From assembly GCF_020745735.1 (NCBI RefSeq), contig NC_083427.1, positions 1,829,438-1,893,437 of the forward strand: DNA of 64,000 bases, written 5' to 3'. Position 1 is the stretch's first letter. Each line of letters starts with the position of its first letter. The position numbers were made by a program, and so were the translations under genes. Positions 13,341-25,330 of the stretch are shown here, piece after piece. Below the pieces are notes generated by a model. The model was not told where the DNA came from and ran no database searches. It saw only the letters and a program-made list of their open reading frames with translations. Source of the stretch: Hemiscyllium ocellatum. Its lineage: Eukaryota.

Positions 13341-14639
13341 TACCACATATGTGGAAATGTGTTCAAATATAATTGCTTATTTCAAACAATGTTTACGAAT
13401 TCCCAGAAACATTGTTGTTATGAGATATTAGGTGCACTAAAGCAATTTCATGAAGGGTTATTTTCAAGCAGGGTTGAAATGACTCATTGTCTCTCTCTAC
13501 TAACAAAAACAAAAGAAGTCTAATTGGCACCAGATACTGTGTAACATCACAGTTAATAATTAAATGACTGATTTCTGTGCTGTTTATTTTGCTGCAAACT
13601 TTCCAAGTTGCAATGGAAGTGATTAAATGTAAGAGAATACATTTTGTTTTGAGTGGATCAGAGATTCATTCTTGAAATTAATGAGCCATTCACACCCTTT
13701 AAGCTCTTTTGCTTGCTCAGTACCTTCACTCTATTCCCACATGTGTTTTCAAGCCTTTGAGTTAATTTTATTGACAAGACTACAATTCTTAAGATTTTCA
13801 AAATAAATGAAGTGTCAGAAACAGATGAAACTGGCACTCATTTGTGCAAACTGTAGAAATGTAATGCTGCCAAGAATAGGTGTCATTGTTGGAATGTAAT
13901 TTAGTTATTGACTTCCTATTCTGTCAAGACTGTGGTGTGAAATGTACTTGCTATCATCTACTCCATATTGCCAATCATTTATATGTTGTTGAAATCCTGA
14001 CCTTCAATCTAAAATGTTTTCAAAATGTAATGTTATTCTGTTCGTTCCACTGATTACGTCAGTATTCACATATTTTCGCCTCATAAATGATTTTCCTTTT
14101 GCAAATAAAATCAATTTTTAATTAAGCAACCGAAGTGCAGAGCTTTATTCCTTTACTTTCAAAGTTTGCTGGCCGTAACAATCGTCAGATTGAATTGAAA
14201 CTCTGTCCTGTAAAGTGGGCAGCATTGACACTATCAAACCTTATTGCCCATCCACAAACTCTCCTTGCGAGATCATACTTTTTTATCTGCTACAATCTCT
14301 GTTAGATGGGGGCTGCAAAAGCATGTCAGGATGTTAACTGAATTGAAGGGGTATTGGCAGGCACTGTTTGATCCCATGCAATGTATATCCTTGTATTTAT
14401 GCAGAGTAGAGCGACAAGGTTTGATAATTATCATGCAACAAAAATGAGGGATAAAACGTCATTGAATTAATGTCACAGATATTAGTCATCAACGGAATCT
14501 AGTCTTCAGATCTAAATTCTTCCTGAAAGACAGTGAGAATTACATCTATCTGTCATGAATCAGAAACGCTATTCAGTAATGAATGAATCAGTTATTGAAG
14601 ACTAATCAGCAGATCTTGATACCTTGGCACTGTAAATTA

Positions 14640-16460
14640 CTACCCAAGATCCATTAACCTGACTACCCTGGCTGCCCGATCATCTCAGTTTCCTCCTGTC
14701 CAACTGACCTCATTTCCACATACCTGCTTACTGTCCTGTTCCTCCGGTCCAGGAACTCCCCACATATATTCAGAGACCATCCACGCCTTCCAACCCCTCC
14801 AATATGTTCGCTTCCCTGGTCCCCGAAGCCTCATTTACACCATGCTCGTCCATAGGGACAATAGGACTCCATCTTCCATGACGAAGGCCTCCAAGCCATC
14901 AGTTTCTTCCTCGACAGGTATCTCCACGAGTGGCCTTCCACGAACATTCTCATTCCTTTGGCTGAACTGACCCTCACCGAGAATAATTTCTTCTTTGAAT
15001 TCTCCCACTTCCTCCAGACAAATGGGTAGCCATGGGCACCCGCATGGGCCACAGCAATGCATGTCTCTTTGTCGGTTATTTTGTCCAGTTTCACTGCTTC
15101 CATTTGCCACCTTTTCCTCCGCTACATTGATGAGTGTATCAGCACCACCTCGAACTCCCACGACGAGGTTGAACAGTTTGTCAACTCCACAGACACATTT
15201 CGCCCTGGCCTGAATTTCACCTGGACCATCTCAGACGCGCCCCCCGCCCCCCCCCCCCCCCCCATTGCAGGACATCTGCATCTCCATTAACGGTGACTGA
15301 CTCAACATTGACATCACCTACAAACCTATCGACTCCCACTGCTCCCTGGTCTAAACCACCTCCCACTTTGCTTGCTGTAAAATCCCGAGCACTTATTCCC
15401 ACTTGCTCCGCCTCTGCTGCATCTGCTCCCAGGAGAACCAGTTCCACCAGAGAACAACCAGATGGCCTCCGTTTTTGAAGACAACAACTTTCCCTTCCAT
15501 GTGACTGAAGATGCCCTCCAACCCATCTCATCCATTTCTAGGACCTCTCGACCACCCCACCCCTCCAACTGCAACAAAGACAGATATAGCACGGTCTTGA
15601 CGTTCAACCCCACCAACCTCTGTCTACATCTCATCATTCTCCTGCATTTCCATCACGAACAAATGAACCCCACCAACAGAGATAAATGTCCCCCACCCCA
15701 TCCACTTCCCAGAAAGACCGTTCCCTCTGCAACTCCCTTGTAAATTCCACGCCCCCTCCAACACACCTTCCTCTCCCAGCACCTTCCCGTGCCAACACAG
15801 GAATTGCAATACTCGCACCTACACCTAGCCCTTCACCTCCGTCCAATGCTCCAAAGGAGCCTTCCACATTCATCAGAGTTTTACCTGCATTTCTACACAT
15901 GTCGTTTACTCTGTCTGTTGCTCCCGATTTTGTCGCCTCGACACTGGAAAGATAGGAGGCCTACTTGCACAGCACTTCAGATAACATCTCCTGGACACCG
16001 AAAGCAACCAACACCACTGCCCCACGGCCGAACACATCAACTCCCACTCCCACTCCACCAAGGACATTCAGGTCCTGCGCCTCGTCCATCGCCACTCCTT
16101 AAACACCCGATGAATGGAGAAAGAACGTCTCATCTTCTGTCTTGGTACCCTACAACCACACGGCATCAATGTGGATTTTACCAGTTTCCCCATTTCCCCT
16201 CCCCCCATCTTATCCCTGTTGCAAACTTCCATATCAGCAGTCCGCTCATCACTGGTCTGATCTGTCTGCCCTCCTCTCTGACCTATCACCATTGCCCCCA
16301 TGTTCGTCTATCTATCACACTCTCAGCTACAGTTCGCCCAGCCCACCTCCCTCCCATCTATCCCTCCACCCCATCTGCTCACAGCCCAAATACTGTTGAA
16401 CAGCATCTGCCCGAAACCTTGATCCTCCTGCATCTCAGCTGCTGCCTGACCTACACTAAT
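14640..16460 (+). mobile_element. Penelope-like retroelement (RT plus GIY-YIG endonuclease), degraded
   Basis: HLFLRYIDECISTTSNSHDEVEQFVNSTDTFRPGLNFTWTIS (RYIDD-type motif, ORF 15057). C-rich strand, GIY-YIG-like region at about 15860-15960 and pLTR remnant at about 16400. Confidence 0.85.
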
Positions 16461-17789
16461 TTTCCAACACTAAACGTTGAACTGAATATTACATATCGTC
16501 TTTAATTAATTATTTTACAGAGTATGAGCGCAATTGTGTTTGTCAATGGGAGAACACAGAGATTTTACATTCCGCAGTGGCTAATTCCTGCCTTCCCAAA
16601 GCTGAAGATTCTGATCAATAGATTTGGCCTGACTGAGATGGCAATGCTCCAGAGACGATATTTAAAAGTGTTTTTACAATGTCTTGTGAACTATCGTTTG
16701 AGATTTCACCCCACAGTCATACTGCAATTAGCCACATTGTCAGTCTTCAGTAGCCTTAGACAAATCGTGAATTTTCGGTGGCATATCTTGCCATGATAAG
16801 AAAGCTGAGAGTCCAAAGATTTCTTGACATCATTAAATAGTTCACTCTTAATGAAATTCCTTACTGTCTTAAGTCTAGTTTCAAGGCAGGCCTCATGTTA
16901 GCTGTTTCCAACATAATAACGTTTGCAACAATATCTTCATTTCAAGCATTTCCTGAGCATTGTAAATGGTTCAACAGCTCTTGTATCGATACATCAAGAT
17001 ATTCAAGTGATATCAGCCTACTAATTCAAATTTGAGTCAGTGATTTTCGATAGTTATTGGTGATGCTTTCATTCAAGCATCATCAACTTTATTGGAATAG
17101 GTCAAAGTGATCGTCCATTATATTTTACGCAAACAAAATCGTCAACGTTACACATGAATTGGCTTCACTGCCAACCATATTCTAGCGGAAAATGGGCATA
17201 AGTGACATAACATTGGGCTTCAGAGAAGTGATGTTAACACCTTACGTAGCCAATAACACACTTGCAAAGGAACCGAATGTGTGACATTAATTTCAATAGC
17301 CTGAAAACAATGCAAATTGATTCCAGAAACAATGACGTTGAATCTTCCATACTATGTCCCTGATTGGTGTGATGGTCAGATTATGAGAATCTTTGCCCAG
17401 TTTCACCAAACTACTTTTTACTAATTATAGATGACAAACAAAAACCTGTCAGCAAATTTGCCATGGACGATTTCTTCCCCAACTTATCACAGTCAAACTG
17501 GCGATTTCAATTGAGCAATACAAAAGCGCTACTCAATTGAAATCGTTCAGTTTTTTTTTTATCCCAGGAGATAACTCAAAGCCACGAACTTTCCTTACTT
17601 CGAACGTAAGCTGTATTTAATGGAATTTAGACAGAAAATGACACTGTGTAACATGATCAGAAACCAAATTGTTTTTACCACCATGATCAGAAACCAGTTC
17701 ATACTTTGTTGTCGTGTTGCACTTCTGTAACAGAGAATGGGTTTATGTCACTGCATTTCACTCCACCTAGAGACTAACGCTAGCTATTA

Positions 17790-17940
17790 GGTAAAAGCAA
17801 TGGCTGCTAATGCTGGAAACCAGATTTTGGATTCGTGGTGCTGGAAGAGCACAACAGTTCAGGCAGCATCCGAGGAGGAGCAAAACCTCCTTGGATGCTG
17901 CCTGAACTGCTGTGCTCTTCCAGCACCACTAATCCAAAAT
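17790..17940. repeat. Foldback (head-to-head) Penelope pLTR-derived element
   Basis: ttttggattcgtggtgctggaagagcacaacagttcaggcagcatccgaggag / ctccttggatgctgcctgaactgctgtgctcttccagcaccactaatccaaaa: near-perfect inverted arms of about 55 nt. Confidence 0.85.
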
Positions 17941-18919
17941 AACGCTCGCTATTGCACGTCAGAGGAACTGGAGGAGACATACCAGATTGCATAGACAGTA
18001 ATTCTGTTCATTTAGGTCGCAAATAATGCCTAGCAGAAAAGTTTAAAAACTTTGACACCTTTGTTAACGCATAGCCATCTATCTCATTGAGAAAACTTAC
18101 CTTGCCAGTAACCGTTAGCTTTCGAGAGTTAATAACACAGTGTGTGTCATAATTGTTTCCAATTTCACTCCAGAATGGCTTATGTATAGTTTAAACTACT
18201 GCTCGCCTTATTCTTGTACGATCCAACAAGAAGATAGGTTAGTTAATTATGTCGAACAATAAATAGCTTTTATGTAGTGTCTGATCCCAACAGCCATACA
18301 CTTCGCATGAAAAGGTGTGAAAAGTGTGCTGATTGATTGGCAATTCAACCGTGATTGGCCATTCAGAAAACAATGCACAGCTACACTCTTGTCGTGTTCC
18401 TGCGTAATCACCAAAGACGTGAGTATAATGGAAAAATCAATTGGAAATTCTGACAATATTTATTATTCTGTTAAATTTGCTAGTGTTCTGTTATAAAGCA
18501 ATTCCGTCTTTATTTTGTTGCATTTCAACGACAGTGAATGAATTAAATTTGTGTTGTATTTCCATTTCGGAAGGTCTACCTACCGAATTGCCTCTAAAAT
18601 GCAACGTGTTATATTTACCTTTAAAATAATAAAATCGTTAGTGCTGAGACTAGACAAACACCAAACTGCACTAATCCCTTTGAACTGCACTTGTTGCACA
18701 GCCTTCTGTGCCGTGGAATGATAATTACTCATCAAGATACTTCTTAAATGTTATGAGACTGCCTCCACCACCCTCTCAGGCAAATATTACATACTCCTAC
18801 ACCCTCTGGGTAGAAGAAATTTATCTCAGAACAACTTCAAGCCGCTTACTCGTCGTTTTGCATGAATGCCATATGGTGTTAAGTACGCGAACCATAGAGA
18901 AAATAAAATCTCACATGTT

Positions 18920-19000
18920 GGGGCGGCACGGTGACTCAGTGGTTAGCATTTCTGCCTCACAGTGCCATCAAATTGCTCTCCCGCAGAGAAGCCCTCCTGC
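18920..19000 (+). mobile_element. tRNA-derived SINE head (HE1-like)
   Basis: gggcggcacggtgactcagtggttagcatttctgcctcacag contains the Pol III A-box-type head. Confidence 0.65.
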
Positions 19001-19844
19001 CTGTCCAGTCTCTCCTCATGATTTTCATGCCAATTGACATCCTGGCGAGTCTCGTCTACCTCCTGTCAACTGTTTTGAGATCCTTTTTGCAGTGTGACAA
19101 CCAGAACTGAACACAATATTCTATTTCTGATCTAAGTAATTTCTTTTCTAAAGCTGTAACAAGACTTAATTTCTCCTATTATTCTACGCCTTGGTCTTGG
19201 ATGGCAAGCGTCCCATATGCCTTGTTTACCACTGTAAATGTCCGTGCAACTTCAGTGATCTACAGACGTATATACCAAGCTCCCTGTGTTCCTCAGTGTT
19301 ACCTCGGGTTGCATGATTCGTGATATATGTCTTTCCATTTTGCAATTTCCCAAAATACATCACGTCCCATTACACAGAATTAAATTTCATCTGTCACTGT
19401 TCTACCCGATTTCCCAGATTATTAATATTAGACTCTGCTCCGAGACAGTTCTGTTCACTATGAACGGCAGCAATAATTGTCGAGTTATCCAAAAACATGC
19501 TAATTAGTGCTTCTATGTTCACATTCAATCATTAACGCATATCGAACAGTAAAAATCCCAGCATGAATATAGGATCCTCAAACAGACTGTCGTAAATAAA
19601 AAGGCCATTGACAACGCTCAAGGCCGGTCAATGAGCACCACAGCCCGCAGAGTCATCACAAACAGTACCATTCCCAACTGAAAGTGCTCTTTGAGACAAC
19701 TGAACAGTTTTTTTTCCCTCGCAAGCAATCCTGCTTTGCATTGTTTTATCTGCTTAGTTTCAGCGTTGATATTGCACACCTCTGGAGCAGACAGGGCTGA
19801 ACTGAGGCCGCAACAGCCCAGAGATAAGGACAGCATCACTGTTC

Positions 19845-20075
19845 CGAAAACTGTGTTGCTCGAAAAGTGCAGCAGGTCAGGCAGCATCCAAGGAGCAGGA
19901 GAATCGACGTTTCGGGCATAAGTCCTTCTTCAGAAATCCTGGGGTTATTTCCAAAACGTTTTCGGGCTTATGCCCGAAATGTCGATTCTCCTGCTCCTTG
20001 GATGATGCTTGACCTGCTGCGCTTTTCCAGCAACACATTTTTCGGCTCTGATCTCCAGCATCTGCAGTCCTCCTT
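19845..20075. repeat. Foldback Penelope pLTR element with a hammerhead-like motif on the minus strand (19901-19937)
   Basis: Inverted arms gcagcaggtcaggcagcatccaaggagcaggagaatcgacgtttcgggcataag / cttatgcccgaaatgtcgattctcctgctccttggatgatgcttgacctgctgc. Reverse complement of the left arm reads ctgaaga-aggac-ttat-gccc-gaaac-gtc-gatt. Confidence 0.8.
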
Positions 20076-20489
20076 TTCTCCCACTATCACTGTATTGCAA
20101 GGGCTCTAAACATCGTTTTTCCTATGTTTTCGAATCAACCTGTTCAGTTATTCTGTTGCCCACATACAAAAGAATTATTTTTTGCACCCGAGCCTTCTGG
20201 TTCAGAGGTACCTATTTGAATACGTTAAATCTACAGAGACATGATTAAACTCCAGCAGGTGGAATTTGAAACGAGGAATTGAATCGATTTGAACCCACAG
20301 CTTTTGTGCCGCAGGATACTTCACACATTCATTTCAACTTATTCAGTCAAGCTATTCAAAAATGCTAATCTGCTCCTCTGGAGCAGGTGGGACTTCAGCT
20401 AGGAACTGTTGGTTTCGAGATACGTCTTCACATTGTTGTAGGAATTTCCTCATTAAACTGTTCACAGATATTATGACATGCCCCTTGAG

Positions 20490-20730
20490 AAAATTGGACT
20501 TGGCCTCTGAGCCTCCTGATTCAAAGGCATGAACACTGGCACTTCACAACAAGAGCCCTCATTCTTTCCAATTCTTTTGGCAATTGTGGGGCGGGGTGGG
20601 AGGGATTCCTGAATATTCCGGAGGAGGCCTGTAAACTCTTTTACATTGAATGTGTAAAAGAAGTGGTGAGCTGGTGTGCGTGTGCAATCCTGTACTAGCT
20701 GAAAAAACATTGTATTCACGAGCACTTCCC
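20490..20730 (+). pseudogene. Possible extremely decayed IgNAR C1 exon of cluster B
   Basis: PLSLL..., ..GAGWE.., PVNSF..LNV*KKW*AG loosely parallel C1 (IVSLL..VSWQ..PVK..LKVPLQEWSRG). The position between V and C2 fits; similarity is weak. Confidence 0.25.
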
Positions 20731-21674
20731 GCTGCCACGTTGCAATATATACCACACATAGACATTTGGACGGAATGTACTGTCAGCTCTAAGACAGTGT
20801 GCTTGTTTAATACAGAAAGAGCATGAGGGAGAAAGCGAGAGACTGAGAAATAGAGCGAGAGGAGATTGATCGTGGATGGTTACTGAAAGGGTGGGTGAAA
20901 ACTCGAGGTATGGTTTAAAGGATAGCAAGCAATGAGAAAAAGGTGAAGAGTGACAGAGGGAAGCAGTGAAAACTGGAGGTCGAAAGGAAAAACGGCGCTG
21001 GTTTGCAAAAAAGCCAGTGTGACTGAGAAGGAGAGAGAGAAAGTTAGTGAGAAAGAAAGCATGGAAAGAGTAGGAACCATATACTTCTGAGCCTTACTTT
21101 TGTAAGTTAAAGCAAATTTGCTCCACTCTTTCCTCCATGGCAATTGCTTGGTTTTGGATACAACCAACAAAGTAGTGTCTCCTAGATTATCTATTTTAAC
21201 AACACAGAATCTGCTTCTGAACTCTCAAGTAACTTTTCTTTGCCCAGTTCAAGAACAGTTTATTTTATTTATAGATTAAGAATTTCCATTTTGTTCCATT
21301 CATTACGTTTCGCTCACCCACTTATAATTGCAAGGAATGCCTTTAAATCCTTCAGGTATATTTGGAAATAAGATCACAGTCTCGCAGATAATATTAATTC
21401 GAGGGTGAAGCCAAAATATATTTTCAGACACATCTGTCACCAGTTCTAAGATATCAAAGATGCAATAGACTGAAATCCAAGGAATGCAGATTTGAGATTT
21501 TCGAGAAGAGGTTGGAGAAATTTCCATAGAAAAACAATAGTGGGGCAGCAGTTGAAGTTGATTTAGCACCATCAATAACATTTCAACGTTGAAGTTATCT
21601 CGACAAGAATCGCATAGTCAATGAAGGAAATACGCAACAAGTGACGTGGGATAAAACAGGAAGTTTACGGTCAT

Positions 21675-21935
21675 TCAAATGTGGTTTACAAATCGGAGAC
21701 TATTGGAAGAATCTGGTGAAATATTTTTAAACATGGTATGAAGCGTTCACACTACAGGAGCACAGGACAGGGAGAAGAGAAAACAGAGCTTGAAATTCAA
21801 TTTGTAATGAATCTTGTGATGACAGGTATTTGGAATTGATATACGTTTCGATCAGTAATGGAATGGAAAATGGCAAGGAAATGCAGTTGAGAATCAACAT
21901 TGGCTACATTGGATAAACGGAGCAGACTGGAGGCT
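21675..21935 (+). pseudogene. IgNAR: Decayed IgNAR C2 exon, cluster B
   Basis: ttggaagaatctgg (EEIW), atggtatgaagcgttcacactaca (vs ctggtttgtgaagtgctttctaca at 57493) and SVMEWK..CS*..DKRSRLE (vs SVDEWQ..CSA..SKRTRIAR), in order, with frameshifts and stops. Confidence 0.6.
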
Positions 21936-22084
21936 AATAATCTACCTCTGTTGCTGCATCTGATCTTCATGGCGTTAATATTAGCACTCTGAACATCCAC
22001 CGTATTTGGATAACGTTTGTGTACCTAATATTAAATATTTCCCCGTGATTCTCACTTCAAAACATATTGGATGCATTTTAATTG

Positions 22085-22170
22085 CTTCGACAGCCGTTTT
22101 TCTCCTGAGAACAGAAGAGTTCCTACGGTACATTTCCAAACATGTCTCACTGTTGCAAAGAAACAAGAAA
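22085..22170 (+). pseudogene. IgNAR: 5' fragment of IgNAR C3 exon, cluster B
   Basis: ctcctgagaacagaagagttcctacggtacattt..gtctcactgtt aligns to ctcctg..aacaccaaacgaggttcaaaacggcacctct..ctctcacatgtt (57829-57887). The 3' half is absent. Confidence 0.5.
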
Positions 22171-22590
22171 CATGTGTCGAGGGATGCACGAAATCTACAG
22201 ATGTGATGCTTTGTATCCACTTTTTTGGATTGGCTGGTTAAGACAATTTCATTTCGGTACTTGAATGGGTGAGGCTTTCAGTCAATTTTAAGAATTCACA
22301 TTTGATTTAGCTCACATAGGCCATAAAGCCAAGAACTGAACAATTACAGTTAGTTTAATCAATGGACATTTGCAACATCAGCATGGAAACTGTCACTTCA
22401 CATTGCATTCCAGAAACTCCAAATTGGCGAAAAGATCACCAAATATATTGCTGAAAATGTTACACCACTTCAGTCAAGATAGGGCCAATTACATCACCAG
22501 ATATAACGACAGAAAATTCGCAATAATATCCATAACTTTTTACACATCTTGGAATTGTTGTAACACATAAGTATTCCTGATTATTTTTAG

Positions 22591-22900
22591 GTGTTTGCCA
22601 CGAGACGGACATTTCTGTCAACACAATGAACAATTTCATGAAAAAGATTTGGATTAAACAGACAGTGAACATTTTGTGTGAAATCATTTGCAGCGACTTC
22701 GAAGACATTACTACGTTCTTCAAAGTAGATAGGAGTAAGAGAACAGAAGAGTAAGAGTAAGTGGCAACTAGAAATCCTCAGTGGAATGGAAGTAAATTCA
22801 TCACTATGAGCAAGCATCAAGTAATGGTAGCGGATTGGGAAAAACTATGAAATACCAATATCAGCCAAAAAATTCTCTTGGGCCAGAGCACTGGAGGAAA
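22591..22900 (+). pseudogene. IgNAR: Decayed IgNAR C4 exon, cluster B
   Basis: tttttag|..VCHETDISVNTMNNFMKKIWIKQTVNILCEIICSDFEDITTFFKVDRSKRTEE*E*VATRNPQWNGSKFITMSKHQVMVADW. Clear paralogue of 61009-61329; the upstream intron is also homologous to about 60780-61008. Confidence 0.88.
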
Positions 22901-23289
22901 GTCACGCAGACATACTACAATGCAGGCACTCCGCACAGTTTGTCACCCAAGTCTGGAATCAAAACCAGTTCCCCGGTGCTCTCAGTTAACAATGCTAGCC
23001 ATTGACCCCATTGAGTCTGCTCGAACCTGAAGAACATTCCAACCAAATCCACCCACGCTCTGTCACCAAACAGTACTTTTGTTTTAAACATTGCTAACCA
23101 ATCTAACCTGCACACGACATGAAAATTTTCCGCATGGCCAATCTACCTAATGTGCAGATTTTTAGATAGCATGGAAATGCTCATAGACACCGGGAGTCTT
23201 ACAAACTCTAAACAGACGCTCATCTAAGCCAGGAATCCAACTCGGGTGCCCGGTGCAGTGTGGCATCAAATATTTCACCCGACACTCAT

Positions 23290-23500
23290 GGCACGGGGAC
23301 TCAGTAGTTCAGTGGTGAGCACCGTTGCCTCACAGTATCAGGAAATTAGTTCCTATTCCTCGGGCGAGTATCTGCGTGCAATTTGCGTGTTCTCCACATG
23401 TCGACAGATTTCCTCGCACAGCCCAGAGATTTGCAGATTGGGTGAATTAACCGTGTCATTTGCCCAGAGCGTCAAAGAATGTGCAGGTTAGTTGGGGTTC
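23290..23500 (+). mobile_element. tRNA-derived SINE (HE1-like)
   Basis: ggcacggggactcagtagttcagtggtgagcaccgttgcctcacag...gcgtgttctccacatgtc...gtgcagg core. Confidence 0.65.
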
Positions 23501-23884
23501 AGTGGCAAGTAAAATGAGCTACTGTTATAACAAATCATTCACTGTCCACATAAATTGCCCATATAAATAGGAATATGCAATATTATAATTTTGACCTTGT
23601 TCATTCTGTAAATACTAATCTGAATATGCTATAAATGATTGCATCCCATCAGTTCCTATCATTTTTTTAAAAGTTGATCGACTCGACCTTCTGGTAATTG
23701 AACATGAGAAGGAGGTAAAGCTACCAAAATTAAGCATGAGTTTCATTGATGAACAATTGGAGTTCTGTGTAAGTCTTTGAGGTAGAAAATAATTCTACAC
23801 CTCCATACGTATACTATGGGAAACAACGGAAATTGTTAAATCTGTACAAACAACGGACTCAGCAAAGTATTGTTCTTTTGACAG

Positions 23885-24095
23885 TTGACAAAATGCGTCC
23901 TCATGAATTTTACATCCTGATCTCATGCACGGCCGAGATGAACGCAGAGAAGACGGCTGTCCTGCTCTTATCCTGCAGAAATCAACGGAGGCTGGTCGGC
24001 TAATTATGCACTTTCCCATCCAGGGTCTACAGCCCAGTGGACCGCAATAGAGAAAATGTTCTAGTTCCAATACTAGTAGACTAAGACTCACTAAA
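23885..24095 (+). pseudogene. IgNAR: Decayed, 3'-truncated IgNAR C5 exon, cluster B
   Basis: ttttgacag|..MRPHEFYILISCTAEMNAEKTAVL (vs MCTPQVYLLHPSTDEIDTENSATL), AEINGGWSANYAL (vs ADIYIGWMANDML), NTSRLRLT (vs VISRLRVT). Frameshifted; no secretory tail found. Confidence 0.82.
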
Positions 24096-24879
24096 TTCCT
24101 GATCTACGTTACATGATCCGAACTCTACTGTTCTAACACAATAAGCATATGTTTTTTACATTATGATGAACATCGTGTCAATCAGTATCAGGATGACAAA
24201 ATTAACAGCTGTGTTTTCAAGAATGGTAAGTTGAAATTTTATTGCATCACCAAACCTGTGATCACCAGGTTCATGTCCTCACTCCTGTGCTGTGTTCTGC
24301 TTTCAACGTGAAAAAATTATAACAACAGCTACCAATTCCTTCTCGAAATCTTGACGAAGTCCTTTAAGTATATTGAGGAAAAATGACACCGAGAGAGAAT
24401 AGAATCCTTCGTGGACCAAAGTGGACATTGTCAGGAAGCATCCCAGTGTACATTGAGGTATGGTAGCATTGAATCTTCTTGCACGGAGAGCATTCAAATG
24501 TTCAACGGCAGTTAGTTTAACAACGGTTCTCTTTTATTCCAGTTTGTTTTTTCTAAATCAGATGCACGGTAAACCTTTATTTCGATTATTTACCAACAAA
24601 TTCCTGAAATCACATAGTACTAGAAAACGAGAAAAAACTGTGTAGAAATTTGTGCCTATTTGCAGATTATTCTGTGGACATGTCGAATAACACAAATCCA
24701 CAGCAGACTATAAAAATCACGGTGTGATTGTCTGCATAAACACAACTGCCCTTATTATGTGAAGCGGCAAATATTCATGGGTGTATTCAGCACAAGATTC
24801 CTGACCAAGAATTGCTAAACAAATGGATAAATTGAGATTTTCGACAAGAGTTATTGCTCAGGTTGTGGGGCAGGTTGCT

Positions 24880-25330
24880 GGTTTGCTCGCTGGGCTGGGA
24901 GTTTTGCTTTCAGACGTTTTGCTGCCATGCTAGGCAACATCATCTGTGAACATCCAGCGAAGCTTTGTTATTCTGTGCCGCTTGATATGATGTGTCTTGG
25001 TATGTTTTGGTGGATGTTATCATTTTCGGTTCAACGTCTGAGGGGTTGGTAACTGGAGTCGAAATTTATAAGTTTTTTTTAAAATTGACGTTCTGTTTTG
25101 AATGCCAGCTCTCTCAGAATTCCCACAAGTAAGTTTTCTTTGGTCTGACACAGGATGCATGCATTTCCCCAGTTGAAATGGTTATATCGGCAGACAGACA
25201 GATTGACAGATGGACAGATCGACAGGCAGAGGATTTGATTAGTCTTCTGTGACAGGTGTTGAAGTAAGGGTTCCACATCTATTTGTTTTGTGCTCCGGAT
25301 CATTTGTAAACAGGTGAACCTCACCTGGGA
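24880..25330 (-). mobile_element. Penelope-like element 3' fragment (GIY-YIG region)
   Basis: cagacgttttgctgccatgctaggcaacatcatc..ggagtcgaaatttataag..gaatgccagctctc..gttgaaatg is typical of the PLE endonuclease/terminal region. Confidence 0.65.

Noticed and set aside
16518-16830. Ig C-like words (ILHSAV, IVSLQ, AYLAMIR) after an AG
   Set aside because: Motifs are out of order and lack Cys/Trp spacing; likely chance.
17652-17696. 15-bp direct repeat catgatcagaaacca at a 30-nt period
   Set aside because: Consistent with a simple slippage duplication; no associated element.
21430-21990. Apparent NLR/CARD-like peptide fragments
   Set aside because: Better explained by nucleotide similarity to IgNAR C2 at the expected position; no NACHT motifs.
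24360-24575. Possible relic TM1 of cluster B (YIEEK.., VLF.SSLF)
   Set aside because: Matches are short, in different frames, and could be a pyrimidine-rich coincidence only about 300 nt after C5.
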